Under the pieces are notes generated by a model. It saw only the letters and a program-made list of their open reading frames with translations. It was not told where the DNA came from and did no database searches. A stretch of 64,000 nt of DNA. It comes from Antedon mediterranea (Eukaryota; Animalia; Echinodermata). This document shows, one piece after another, positions 10,381-23,636 of this stretch; the stretch's first letter is position 1; each line of letters starts with the position of its first letter. The stretch spans positions 19,778,001 through 19,842,000 of the forward strand of contig NC_092671.1 in assembly GCF_964355755.1 (NCBI RefSeq), in the 5' to 3' direction. The position numbers were made by a program, and so were the translations under genes.

Positions 10381-13300
10381 TGTCCGGTGGCAGGAGGGGA
10401 GATATCACCACCCGAAAGGGGACAAATTGCCATCCAACTTTTCTAGACCAGAATTTTCCGTAGATTACGAATATGGAAGGTAATCGATCAGGATAGGAAG
10501 CGTTTTCGAGATATAAGGGGTCAAAGTTCAAAATTGACCAATATAAAAACATGCTATATCTCTGGAAATTCTGGACGTAGTGAGATAATTTTGGTGTCAA
10601 ATTGTTTACAATGTATATGTTTATATTAGCTCTAACAGAACTTTCTTTGAAAAATATACCGGAAACCCCATTGTTAGCAATTTTAACCTTTGACCTCTTT
10701 TTGCTATATCTAAGTAACGGCAGGTCGGAGAGAATTGAAAATAGGAGCAAATTGTTCCCAAGATATACATTTATATTCAGTATAACAGATGATATTGCTT
10801 GAAAATGACCGGAAGTGTGGTTATTAACCTTTGACATAATTGAATAAGGTTATAAAAACATAAATGAATAAATATTTGTCGTAAGGAGCCAATTTTGGTG
10901 TCAAATTGTTCACAATATATATGTTTATACTTGCCATAATGCAACATTTTTTTCAAAAAGTGACTGAAACACCTATTTTTCTGTAATTTTAACCTTTGAC
11001 CTGTTGTTCTCATCTAAATAATGACATGGCATAGAGATTTCTAACGGCAAATTGTTTATAATAGATATTTTTATTCAATCTAATAGATTATACTGTTTGA
11101 AACATACAAGTGTGATTATTGCATTAAAATCCTGTACATAAGAGCCTATCAGGGCGGATTTAATTCAAAGAGGTGTGGAAGGGGAATAATACTATTACTA
11201 TACAGTACAATGTCTTTCTTTTGAGCAATTTCAATCAGGTATCCATGTATCTCCAATAAACGGAATGTACGGCTCATAGAGAATTCAGAAGTTACCCTTG
11301 GTTCATTTTGGCAAATCCATATGGGTTCCTTTTAAAAGGATTGAGGTTGCACAGACAGGCTTTTCCCATGGCTTAATATTGGAACCTACAGTTTTAGTTA
11401 CCCGATATATTTCTATTACAGTAACTTATGTATCCAAATGCATTGATCTGATACAGGGGCCAAATGTAGAACTGAACATACAGTAGAGAACCACAGAAGG
11501 GTCTAAATAGATGACCTGCTGTTGTTTCATTTTAGGCAAAATCCAAATCGGTTCCTTAAGGATCGAGAGTGAACAGGCAGCTTTATTCCATGTGCCTGTC
11601 TATATAAACCCACATTGTCACCCCTTATATTTCCATTATGAGGCTTAATGTCCATGGATGACCGGCCCTTGGGTTAATTTGGGCAAATCCATAAGTGTTC
11701 CTTAAGGATCGAGAGTGCAAGGCAGCTTTATTCCATGGGCCCCGCCTGTCTATTATAAACCCACAGTGTCACCCATTATATTTCCATTATGGGGCTTAAT
11801 GTCCATCCATGGAGGACCGGCCCTTGGGTTAATTTGGGCAAATCCATAAGTGTTCCTTAAGGATCGAGAGTGCACAGGCAGTTTTATTTCATGGTTGTGC
11901 CTGTCTATATAAACTTACAGTGTCACCCATTATATTTCCATTATGGGACTTAATGTCCATGGAGAACCGGCCCTTGGGTTAATTTTGGCAAATCCATAAA
12001 TTTTTCTTAAGGATCGAGAGTGCACAGGCAGCTTAATTCATGGGCCACGCCTGTCTATATGAACTCACAGTGTCACCCCTTATATTTCCATTATGGAGCT
12101 TAATGTCCATCCATGGAGAACGACCGGCCCTTGGGTTAATTTGGGCAAATCCATAAAATGTTCCTTATGGATGATTGAGGGTGCACAGGGATATTTATTA
12201 TATCTCTATGAACCCACATTTTCACCCCACATACATTATTTCCAATATAGGGTCTCTTGTAGCCCCACATAGAGAACCCCGAAAGGTCCATGAAGGATCG
12301 GCCCTTGGGTTCATTTGGGCAAATCCATAAATATTATTTAAAGATTGAGGGTGCACAAATCCATATGGGTTATTTTAGAATCCTTTGTATACAGGAAACT
12401 CTTTCCTATATGGACCAAACTATATAAAAATTGTGGTCTGTCTGTGTAGTGAGTTGTGGATTGAGTTTGGCCACCTGGATCTGCCTATGCCCTATCCTGT
12501 ACGAATTGGTATTCTCTGGTTCTGATGAATAGTTTATTTTCCAAAAACGAATATTGTGGCCCTAATAAATGCAACTGTATAGTGGCAAATCATTGAAGGT
12601 CAGCGCAACATTTTAACATCATAACTAAACATTTTAATCGTCATAATATTAATTATATTATTTATTTTACAGTATTATATTAATACATTTAAAATAATGC
12701 GCACTAGAAAAAATATAAAAATACCATAACTTCACTGATCAAATAACGTGATTACATTTATTTATGAACATCGATCTCATAGTTTGAATAACTTTGCATT
12801 ATTTAGTATATCATTTGTTCAAATGTTGACCTTTGACCCATGTCAACTTGTGTAATGATAAATGTGCTCTTTTGATTGTGTATGATTGATAAATGTCTTA
12901 ACAGAATGAGAAAACATAACATTTTGTCTTAAATGTTAGTTTTTATTAGGTTTTAAATGCAAATTGTGTGATTGGTCAATATTGACATTTGACCTTTAAT
13001 TGCAAAGTATTTGTTTTATAAGGCGACTGAATAACACCATACAATACCTATAACCATACAAATGTATTAAAAGACCAAATTGAACTTTAATAAATTGGTT
13101 ATAATACATATGTATATAATACATTGTTATAATTGGTAAATTTTGAACTTTGACCCCTTATCTCTTCCTATTCGCTTCCTATCCTGATCGAAGTCTGATT
13201 TGATTAAATACAGTATTATAATGAAATAACATAACTTTACTAATCAAATAATTTGATTACTTGTAAAACCATCAATAGCATAGTTTGGACAGCTTTGCAT

Positions 13301-13783
13301 TTATTTGTTAACTAATACGCGTATTAAAATGTTGACCTTTGACCTTATGTCAAGTGATGAAATTTACCTTATGTCAACTGATGAAATGATGTATTCGCTC
13401 TTTTACATTGCGTATGATTGATTAACAGGATGAGAAAACACCCAATTTTTATTAATTATATTAGTTTTTATTTGGTTTTATAGGTACGTTCTATGATTGG
13501 TCAATATTGACATTTGATTGAAGGTGATTGAATAGACACTTATAATCATAAAAATGTAATAAAAGACCAAATTGTGCTTCAATAAATTTGTTATAATACA
13601 TATACATAATACATTGTTGTAATTGGTCAATTTTGAACTTTGACCCCTTATATCTCGAAAACGCTTCCTATCCTGATCGATTACCTTCCATATTCGTAAT
13701 CTACGGAAAATTCTAGTCTAGACAAGTTGGATGGCAATTTGTCCCCTTTCGGGTGGTGATTCCCCCCTCCTGCCACCGGACTA
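10381..13783. mobile_element. Non-autonomous long-TIR DNA transposon (Academ-like termini), ~3.4 kb
   Basis: ~160-bp inverted repeats at 10382-10542 and 13622-13781 (GTCCGGTGGCAGGAGGGG...CCCGAAAGGGGACAAATTGCCATCCAAC...). Right end reads TAGTCCGG on the minus strand; left end is one base short. No transposase. Confidence 0.8.
11290..12370. repeat. ~150-bp tandem repeat, about 7 degenerate copies, inside the TIR element
   Basis: GGCCCTTGGGTTAATTTGGGCAAATCCATAA...TTAAGGATCGAGAGTGCACAGGCAG recurs near 11664, 11819, 11969, 12126 and 12300, with weaker copies near 11296 and 11525. Confidence 0.85.
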
Positions 13784-14135
13784 CAATATAGAATAATAAG
13801 CAGACAGGCGCTGCCTGAGTGAACTGGAATAAAAGAAATAAGGCAAAGGAGGCTAGTGAATAGAGGGTGGAGAGAGTAAGAGTAGAAAACAAAGAAGATA
13901 GCTTGGTAGATATAAACAATTTTGGAACAGAACTTTATATGCATATGTCCTAACCATTAGACCACTGGGGCTTTCAATATATAAATCAATTGTGTTGCTT
14001 AGCACTGGGTAAATTGTATATATCATACTGTCAAATTATAGAAACAGAGCTCATATTCGAAACATGATCTCATAATCGCGTTCGGCATTGCTCATTGGCG
14101 AAAGTTCCGTATTTTTTAGTTGTATGAAAAAAATG

Positions 14136-14202
14136 TCTCTGGCGGGATTCGAACCTGCCCTCTCGCTTACAGGGAGAGTATCATACCACTAGACCACAGA
14201 GC
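14136..14202 (-). mobile_element. tRNA-derived SINE head / tRNA pseudogene
   Basis: Minus strand GCTCTGTGGTCTAGTGGTATGATACTCTCCCTGTAAGCGAGAGGGCAGGTTCGAATCCCGCCAGAGA has pol III box A (TGGTCTAGTGG) and box B (GGTTCGAATCC) but an imperfect cloverleaf. Confidence 0.6.
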
Positions 14203-16472
14203 CATATATGGTATTATCACAGATTTAACATTCTCTCATACAACAAACGCCCTCATAATCAGTGGAGGCCTAACTAGTCAGAATAAATTCCAACTTTAAT
14301 ACGCAACTGCTTTAAAAATAATATTGTGTATATGTAAATCAATGTGTTTTGTAGCACTGTGTAAATTGTATATAAATCATACTGATATAAGCTTTTAACA
14401 AAAATGTTATCTAATATGGTAGGCCTAAACAGCTATTTAAACTGTTTTCTATACTATCAACATACAGGTCAGCCATTCAACCATTAATATTAGATCTATA
14501 TAACTGTACATCATAACTTTTTCGGAGGGCAGACACCAACCTTTCTGGAGGCGGATGGTTCAAGTCAATGAGAAATATTTAAGTCAGTATAGTCTACTCA
14601 TCGCTTTAGGCCCACCATGAATGGGTCTAAGATGAGGATATAAACATTTTAAGAATATAACCTCGTTGCCTAAAAATCGCGTAAACAATTTCAGCCATAA
14701 TGTGCCATGGGGTGTGGTTAACAATATTGACGTTCAGCTTTCGGTAAACCTTAGTCTGACCATGAAGAGTTTCTTGAAAGCGTGAAACAATATACAAATA
14801 ATTAATGTTTATGAATGAATTCGATGGTGAGAATATTTCAGAAAACTGACTGTTCTATTTAATGAGGCGGAGCCGAACAAATGAAATATTCTCTCCATTC
14901 AAAGTTGTTTTATACTTTTATTCAAGTTATTCATCGTAAATCGTTGACGAATGCTAGGCCAACAACGTCGCGTGGCAAAAAATCTCAAAATGTTTACAGA
15001 AAGCTAAACGTGCATTGGAGCCCGTTCATATAAACATTAGATACCACTTTTCCATGAGATGGGCTAACTCCAAATGACACGTGATGCCTAATTGACAAAT
15101 CAAATTGCAAATTAATTTTTCTTTTCTATAAAAGAGTTCATAAAGCTGAACAAGAAGAAGCTTTGCTTGAATGAAGTTTGTGGCTTACAATGACTTGTAT
15201 GGCCACTAATCTTTCTTACACCGGAAGGTGAAAACATTCTGTAAATTATTCTAATGATGTTTATGTCTTGTTTACTTTTTCAACTATTATTACATACAAA
15301 TATTTTTGTTAGTATATAAGTGGTTTATTAACGACGTGTTTTTGTAATTCAGATCAGGATGTTTACAATGGTTGATATTCAATTTTGATTTATGTGTCCT
15401 GCTGCCTTAGTGTGATTTCTAGAAAAGGATTCTAGGATGCGCAGATGGTGGTAAGATGGTTGCGTCATTTACAACATATTCAGTACAACAACAATTTTGT
15501 TGGCAATCGTTTGGTATTATTTATTAACTTTGGATTCAAAATAGAATTGGTTAATTTTTAAATCAAACATTTTATGGCGTCAATTTGTCTAAACTGGCGT
15601 AAAATATGTTGCAACTGGAGAAATCTCTGTATCAAACAGTCAGTTGTTACGCGACTTAATACAGTTGTATTGTATTTGTATTATTATTGTCAAGGCTGTT
15701 AAGTGTAATTCCAATTTGAATATTAAAAAAAGATGTCCTTTATATTTCAAAAAATTACAACTATTACTCTAATATTTGCATTAGGTTTATAAATGATACC
15801 GTATGCGTAGTAAATAGGAATAAGGTCAACGTCTTTGTTTGTATGTGACATCAACGTTATACTTTTGGTTACATGTTACTGTATAATATATTTTGAATAT
15901 CTTCCAATTTTTGAAAGCAACGTTGGTTATTGAACTAAAGAAAGACATCTGGTCCAAAGCTAACGTCATTCAGCATTTTAAGATATAAATTGGGGCATTG
16001 GATCTTATTGACAGGAGAGCAATGAAACAATTGAACCATCAATATAGGGTATTGAAGTTAATGAAGCAAATTATTCAACGGTTGTCAAGGCGTGTCCGTT
16101 CAATAGGCTGATGGCATGGGTCAAGTATTACACAGTCTGCTAACTCCAATACACGTCACCTTGGCAATACGTTGCATTGCATTTACATCCATTTCAAATT
16201 GAGATTCAGTATTACTACACCCAAACTCCTACGATAAAGGAACTGAGGCCAGTCACCAATGACCGTATAATTTATTTAGGCATAGGACTATACGAGATTT
16301 ATTTATTCAAAAATAAAATTAAAGAGAACCGAAGTTGTTTCCCGCGCGTAAATTGGCGTTTGCCGAAGTGCTAAAACATTGGTCCTTGCCCCGGAAAGAT
16401 TACATTTAATAAAGGTGTCACAAATGAGGGGCTCTACTGTAGGACTATACAAATACATTTTATTTTATACGT

Positions 16473-16620
16473 CATCAAACAGCTAGTGATTCGCATCAAA
16501 CAGCTAGTGATTCGCATCAAACAGCTAGTGATTCGCATCAAACAGCTAGTGATTCGCATCAAACAGCTAGTGATTCGCATCAAACAGCTAGTGATTCGCA
16601 TCAAACAGCTAGTGATTCGC
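16473..16620. repeat. Perfect 21-bp minisatellite, 7 copies
   Basis: CATCAAACAGCTAGTGATTCG x7, no spacers. Confidence 0.95.
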
Positions 16621-16689
16621 CAATTACAGGATTGATAAACTATTTTAAAATAGTTTATCCATCCTGTAATTGGAAATTAATACAAAAAT

Positions 16690-16860
16690 AAAAACATACT
16701 TGATGGTGCTTACGGGGGTGCTTATAAACTCTCATTTGAAGTTTTGGAGTGAAGTTGAAAGAGTCGTGAGTTACAACCCTGGCACTAGGTCCGTATATTG
16801 AACCCTGAACCTTAGGATTGGAAGGTAAGCACGTTAACCACCAAGCTACAGCTCCACTAC
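16690..16860 (-). mobile_element. tRNA-derived SINE, degenerate
   Basis: Minus strand GGAGCTGTAGCTTGGTGGTTAACGTGCTTACCTTCCAATCCTAAGGTTCAGGGTTCAATA...: box A-like and box B-like motifs at tRNA spacing, followed by a non-tRNA body. Confidence 0.5.
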
Positions 16861-18374
16861 TACAATTTCATTAAAGCATTATTTATTTGTTTGAAATTGT
16901 AAAATTATATACTTGTGAATGTAACTTTCATCCCTTCCGTGTTTTAGACTAATATTATTACTACTCTAAAAGAAAGAAACTTTTATAGATGCACATATGG
17001 ACCGGACGTCATTTTAAAGTGATATAATTTTGAATACTCTATGTATTAATTCCATATTGTTTTGTTGTTACTTTGTTATTGTTATCGTAAAATCATCGAT
17101 GTAATTTTGAATCGCACTGTTACCAATAGTAAGTATATATGAATGAAATGATTTGTATGTGTTAACATTACATAACACCGCATATGCCTACGCAACGACA
17201 CATTTAGATTTGATGATTATGGTTGGTAAAGGACTGAAACGGTTTTTTTCATCAGTGGAAATGAAAAGTCTCACTAAACGAATAAAGAATCAAATGAAAT
17301 AGTGATGTAAATATTCCATTCAGACATGTACTGAATGTCTAATCTGAATAAGTAGGCTGGGTTAAAACGGTCTTTTTTATACACTTTCTGACTTATGATT
17401 CGGGTTAACTGAACACCACATAGGGTCTCGATTTAATTCATTAATATATGGAATGCGCTCAGAACTAGTACAGTGTAATAGTTAATATAATAGTGTAGGT
17501 TATACTAACTACTGATTTGGGATTCTTTAATACGTGAGTCCTATTCCAATATAAATCTCATGCTAAAAGTTATAAAACGCCTATTGTCTCATAGTTAAGT
17601 GAACATGTTCTTTCTATTCAATATAAATGTCTTTTCGGATAGGTATGTTTTCTTGATTTCATGTTGAACCTAATTATTGTTTATATTATATTATTTTATA
17701 TATATTTGATCGAGGTAGATGGATTAGATAATACATTAGTTTTTTGCTAATGATAAAAATACAAACAAAATAATACATTTAGTCGAGTTTATTATATTTT
17801 CTGTATGTTACCAGGGGAAAAAACAATGATTATACATAACGGTCCATTGACTGCATTTATTTCATTCAATAATGTTTTATACAATAGGCCTATACACAGT
17901 GAATAATTATTATAGGAGTTCAAATACCCTTTATTTAAATTATTAGGAAAACAGAAAATCAGTCCTCATTTTCAGAACAACTAAGGGGTGATACATATTA
18001 ACTAATATAAATATTATATTGCATTTGTAAGTATATAAATTAATAATTTGAAATACGGTAGGCTACCTGTTATATTAAGCCATAAATCTAGAAAATTATT
18101 ACGACACCACGTGGTATCGTAAACGATGTAGGAGCTGGTTTCTACGAATTTGTGGGCCAACTAAATCCACCGTATAAAACAACTATCGACATTGTGGATT
18201 AATATTTATGAGTTAGCAAATTGAGGTACACAGTCAGTTCACGTTAAAATCTTCATACCTTCCGACCTATTTATCAAATATAATATGTTCATAATCATAT
18301 CCAGAATGATTAAATCAAAGTAAAGTAGATATATTTTCTAGAAGAAATTTGCAGTGCTGTGCTACTAACATTAA

Positions 18375-18718
18375 AGATGTATTTTACCCCAAAAACATGA
18401 AAAATGAAGATTAATGAAATCAGGCCTTGAATAGGTTATTTTGTAGTTTTAATAAAATGAATCACTTATGTAGGAAAAAAACGGAAAAAAATAATGTTTT
18501 CACTTGTAAAATGAGAAAATAAATGGTTAAATTCAACCAAAATTCCATTGGCTGGCAGCCAATTTGACAATTTTTTGCTTTAAATTCCATTTTTTCAGGT
18601 AAATAAATTTTTTTTCAATCCAATTTTTGGTAGAAGTCAATAACTATTATGTGACAAAATGGCATATTCAACAACAAAAATGTAAAAAAAAATATTTGTT
18701 TACGGGGACAATACATCT
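18375..18718. mobile_element. Kolobok-like MITE
   Basis: TTAA at 18371-18374 and 18719-18722. TIRs AGATGTATTTTACCCC / reverse complement AGATGTATTGTCCCC. Confidence 0.8.
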
Positions 18719-19494
18719 TTAAGCCTATGAATGTAACGAACGTCCCGAAACAATCACCAAGCAGCCACTATGGCCTATGTAATAGGCTATGTATAGATAT
18801 TTCCTTCCATAGAAAAGGAGAGGAGAATTTAAAACAAAGTTAGGGTGAATTTTGTTTCAAAAGAAACTCTCCCTATGATTAGAAAGGGGAGTATTATTAT
18901 ACTTTGTGCTGTATATTGTTTGATCATTTTGTATTTACAGATAATAAAAAATATTGAGCTTAAAAGCTGAATTAATTAATCAATCTTAATTCTAGAAATT
19001 GTCTTGAAATATTTACTTATATTATACGGTACATCAGATAAAGAGTTCATCCGGTTCTCGGTACTGTAGCTGGATTTCTCAAGTATCATTCTTTACTATT
19101 ATTAATTACACTAAAATAATACATACTTTTACAACAGTAGGCTACTTTAACAGTATTAAACTATTACATTATACTACCTAATATTAGGATCTAATAATAC
19201 TTTTAATAATGCCGATGTACTTTTTGAAAAGAAGATTAAATAGATATATTGTATTGAATCGAATTAACAATTTAATTACTAAACGTCTAAGGGTTTTTTT
19301 AAACCACTGCACAGAGTGTAATTTAGAGGTATAAACTGTAATGTAATAGTATTGATGTAGTACTTCTCGATGCGCCCTCTAAAAACGGTTTAAACCAATC
19401 AAATAACCAGACGGATCTACTACGAACTTTCATAACAATAATAAACTTCTCTTCACAAAGAACTTCGTTCACTTACAGTAACCAGTCTACTAGG

Positions 19495-22400
19495 ATGAAG
19501 ACAATCATGTTGAATACTAGATGTTTAAAGCAATCTGCTATATTCATGTTAATTCAGTTATATTTCTTTATCAGCTTCGTATCTTCTAAAGGTAGGCATA
19601 ATTATGTATTAATATTATTTTGTCAAAACATGTTTTATTTTTGCATTTTCAATAGTGAATTTTAATAGCTGTAAAATTATGTATAACTAAGTTAATATAA
19701 TTATTTGCTCGTATTGTACCATGAAATCAAATAATATAGTATAAATTAATCATGATTATTTTTTATGAAACGTTTTCTGAAGGAAAAAAAGAGCTAATGC
19801 ATGTTACTAATAATTATATACACATATATATTAACTGTTAATTGACGATACATTATTGATTCATTTCAAAGGAAAATTTAAATGATTGTAATAAGCGGAT
19901 GTCATTGTCACATGTATTCATTCATGCTACTCAGCAGCTTGCAGACAATTTACGATAAAAATACTCGAATTTCTTGTACTCTTGGCATGCGACATTGAAT
20001 GTGCGGTCCCAGGTGCACTTCAACAAGTGAACACAATTTATAGACTTTCCACACAATAAAAGAATTAGTAATCGTAAGCGATATTTCTTACTATCCTGGG
20101 ACAAAGTGGTTTACCCTCGACGGTCTGTCTACCATACAAATATTGGAATGCTGACATTGAGGTCAATATTAGTCGAATAGTTAGCCCTGACTGGTTCTCA
20201 ATAAAATAAATTGATTAATATAAATACACCACATATAAAAAAACGTGTTTTTTAAATAACTATTTAAAATTATTATTTTTAAATTGTACAGTAATATATA
20301 ATATAGGCCTAATTATTTCCTCCAAAATAGATGTATATAAATAAAAAAACTAGATACAAGCTGAGGAACAAGTTCCTGTTACCTAAAAGGGTTTTGACTG
20401 CACCTTTACTAGAAACCTATTGTATGCAATAAGAACACAAAATACCATACATAGATGATTCACGAATAAGAACACCATTTTAAAACTTTTAAAGATGCAT
20501 TATTGTGACAATCACTACTAGTGTCAGTTGAAATAAAATGTGTGTATTTAATTTATTTCCACCAATTTTTACCTCATTTATTTACACCAGTCTGTGTGGA
20601 TTTTCAGGTACTAAGTATCTCAATCAAATAGGAAATCGTCATGTTTATTACCAAACTAAATCATCACTACTTATCAATTCACAAGAGGACACATTCTACG
20701 CATCTGGTATCAACACTAAAGTAACTATTATTGTGCCTAGTGGACATCAGGTGCGTCTACTAATTGAAGAATTGGTACTGGAATCTGGTTCTGGCAGTCA
20801 ATGCAACGATTTTGTTGAAATATTCGATGGAGCAGACGTCAACTCGAAGACTTTGACGGAGGTCTCAGGATTATGTGGTAACAAACAAGGAATACTTTAC
20901 ACGTCAACGCGAAACATAATCACATTTTTCTTTAGTACTGATGCTAATGTTCAGAATAAAGGTTTTGCAATTCTAGCAACATCAATTTCTACAGGTAATA
21001 ATACTACTGATTTCTTTTAACTTAAATCCAAAAAGGTTTATTTTCTTTTTCTAGTGATCCCTATCTATTCTTTTGATAATTAAGATTTTTTTTTAATATC
21101 GTAGTTTTTGAAATGTACAGAATCTAAAATAAATTCACTGTATTTATTACCAGTATTCAAACATTTTCCATTTAAAATGGATATTCCGATTTATCAGCTC
21201 AAGTCTTAGATTGTAGAGGCGTATATTGTGTTAAATTTGTATTTTATACATAAAATAATGTTCTATTGATGATAAATTCAGATTTGACATACATTATGTG
21301 GGCGCAACATCAACCAGATATATTTCACATTGTAAAACGATGATACATTGATCTTTAACTTAACCTGCTAAACTACCTACCATATTCGTTTATTTTGATT
21401 GCAATAAGAGCAGTCAGTGAACCGTGCTCCGTTAGACATGTAACAATAGACATTGAACATAAATTAGATATTGATGGTGAAAAGCCCTAGCTATATCTTC
21501 ACATTAATGTTATGTTCCCATTTAATATGTTTCTGAAAATACATTCACTGTTATACAATCAAAATTGTTTTAATTGTTAATGTCTTATATATATATCGGT
21601 TTTCAACGAAGGACAAACATTTCTAATCCTCAGGTGAATGCAGTACACAAGAAGAGTTTCAATGTGGCAATGGGGTATGTGTCAATAAATTATTGATTAT
21701 GGATGGACATGACAACTGTGCCGACAACTCTGACGAAATATGTAAGTTGGTATTGATTCTTAAATAATTCACTAATTTACATCAGAAGAAAATATGTGTT
21801 CACATTAATTAATAAAAAGAAACATTTTTATAGATGTGTACGGTACTATTCATTCGTTCGTTCGTTCATTCATTCAATCTTTACTGACTGACTGATTAAC
21901 TCTTGGCCTTTAATTCATATTTATGACAAACTACATGAATTTTGTAAAATTAAGCAATTCAGAATTATAATGCTAAACGGTTAGTTACATCATTATTTTA
22001 AGGTTCCTTCCATCACGAAGCTATAAGAATCTGTTTTAATCAATTACAAAATGTCTTTTTTTCTATTGTACTTTAGTTGCTGCAGTGGGTCATTTATTGT
22101 GCGAAAATGGTCAAACTGTTCCAGATCCCAATATATGTGATGGAAATGATGATTGTGGAGATTATTCTGACGAAACATCATGTGGTAAGTGATTAATGTC
22201 AGTAATTAATATCCTTCCTGACTATGAGACTCTAGAGTAACATTTTAATGTTCATGTAGTTCTACCTTGAAATTATGACATTTTTTCTGTTTTATAGGCC
22301 TATTTTTATGGTTACAACATTATAATGGTGTTATTCAATTTACAAAATCTATGGAAACCTTAACGAGATCACGCGAACATGAAATTATACTTTGTGATGT

Positions 22401-23636
22401 TATCAATCACATTACGCCCTACATAATATCTTCTTAATGCAAAAATATATACATGCCGTTGGTCTAGGTGGGTAAATGAATTAACTTTATTTTACAATAG
22501 ATTGTGTAGATTTACAATATGAGTGTCAAGAAGGTACATGCAAGACTGATGAAGGGAACTTGTGTTTAGGTGTTCCACAATCATTTAGTGATTTTGATAA
22601 TGAATCGTATTCAGGTAAGAACATTGAATAACTTTGGTCAACACATCATACACTAAAATGGTATTGCATCATAAACGCCATAATCCTGTTAAGAAAGCAT
22701 TTAATGAAATGATTATAATTTTATGATTATAATAATAAAATATATATACCTGTGAAATTCAAGGTTATTATGTACCAAAGTGTTAATCAATCATGATTAA
22801 TCGTAAAGTGGCCTATTAAAATATTGACCAATCATATATTAATCTAAAAATGTATAATTTCAGAGATAGGGCTACATTTATCTAAAACAGAGAAAAATGT
22901 TATGAAATCTGGGATGTTTTCTAAAATCAACTATTCGGGTTCGGATCTTCGCTTTATTTTTAAATGCATCTTCACTCGGTTCTTACCTAAGGGTTGAATC
23001 CATATTTTAGTCATCATTAATATGTCTACACAGTTTCACAAAGTATTGCGATTGGCCATTTCACTGCATGTGCTTTCTATTAACATTTTGGCGAATTCCT
23101 GTCAACAAATAACATTTCTTTATAAATAAACGATCTCTAAGTACAAAATAAAACGTAAAGTAATTGTCGTACTTGCTAACTCGACACATTACCGATGGTT
23201 GTTTACTTTAATTTATCATCTGTTCCGTACCAATGCTAATATATACGTAATTTTAATATTATCTGCAGATTTTCCGTACGTCTATGGTGGAATAGCTCTA
23301 ATTTTATTTCTAATGATAAGCTGCCCACTGTCATTTTTTATGAAACAAAGGAAAGCGAAATCGGATGACGAAATAACAGGTCCAAGGAGAGTGGTTGCCT
23401 CTGTGCGTTGCTCATTCTCTGGATGTCTACCTCAGCGACGAGATCAACAACATCCTCCAAACTACTTCGATATCATTAATGCTGAAGAGACACCACCGTC
23501 ATATGATTCTGCAATGTCTTCAGGTGTCTATATACCTCCACCATCGTACGAAGCAATTGTAGGTCTTTGTCATCACATTTGCCGCGATAATAACATAGAA
23601 ATGTTAAATCTTAATACACGATTTACCTACATTTAG
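19495..23636 (+). CDS. Spliced CUB + LDLa single-pass membrane protein with PPxY tail (LRP12/LDLRAD/NETO-like architecture); exons 19495(or 19507)-19591, 20608-20994, 21634-21741, 22077-22184, 22501-22614, 23269-23636
   Basis: Signal-peptide exon MLNTRCLKQSAIFMLIQLYFFISFVSSK. CUB exon (CNDFVEIFDG...LCG...FSTDANVQNKGF). LDLa exons (FQCGNGVCV...DGHDNCADNSDE; CENG...CDGNDDCGDYSDE) plus a third degenerate Cys module. TM YGGIALILFLMISCPLSFFM. Tail PPNY, PPSY, PPSY. All introns GT-AG and phase 1. Confidence 0.88.

Noticed and set aside
10355-10837. 160-aa minus-strand ORF
   Set aside because: It lies over a transposon TIR, has no recognisable domain and shows no splice context.
14136-14202. Functional tRNA gene
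   Set aside because: Boxes A and B are present, but the acceptor and anticodon arms do not form a canonical cloverleaf. Treated as a SINE head or pseudogene.
16473-16620. CRISPR array or bacterial plasmid iterons
   Set aside because: No spacers and no rep gene. It is a head-to-tail minisatellite in animal DNA.
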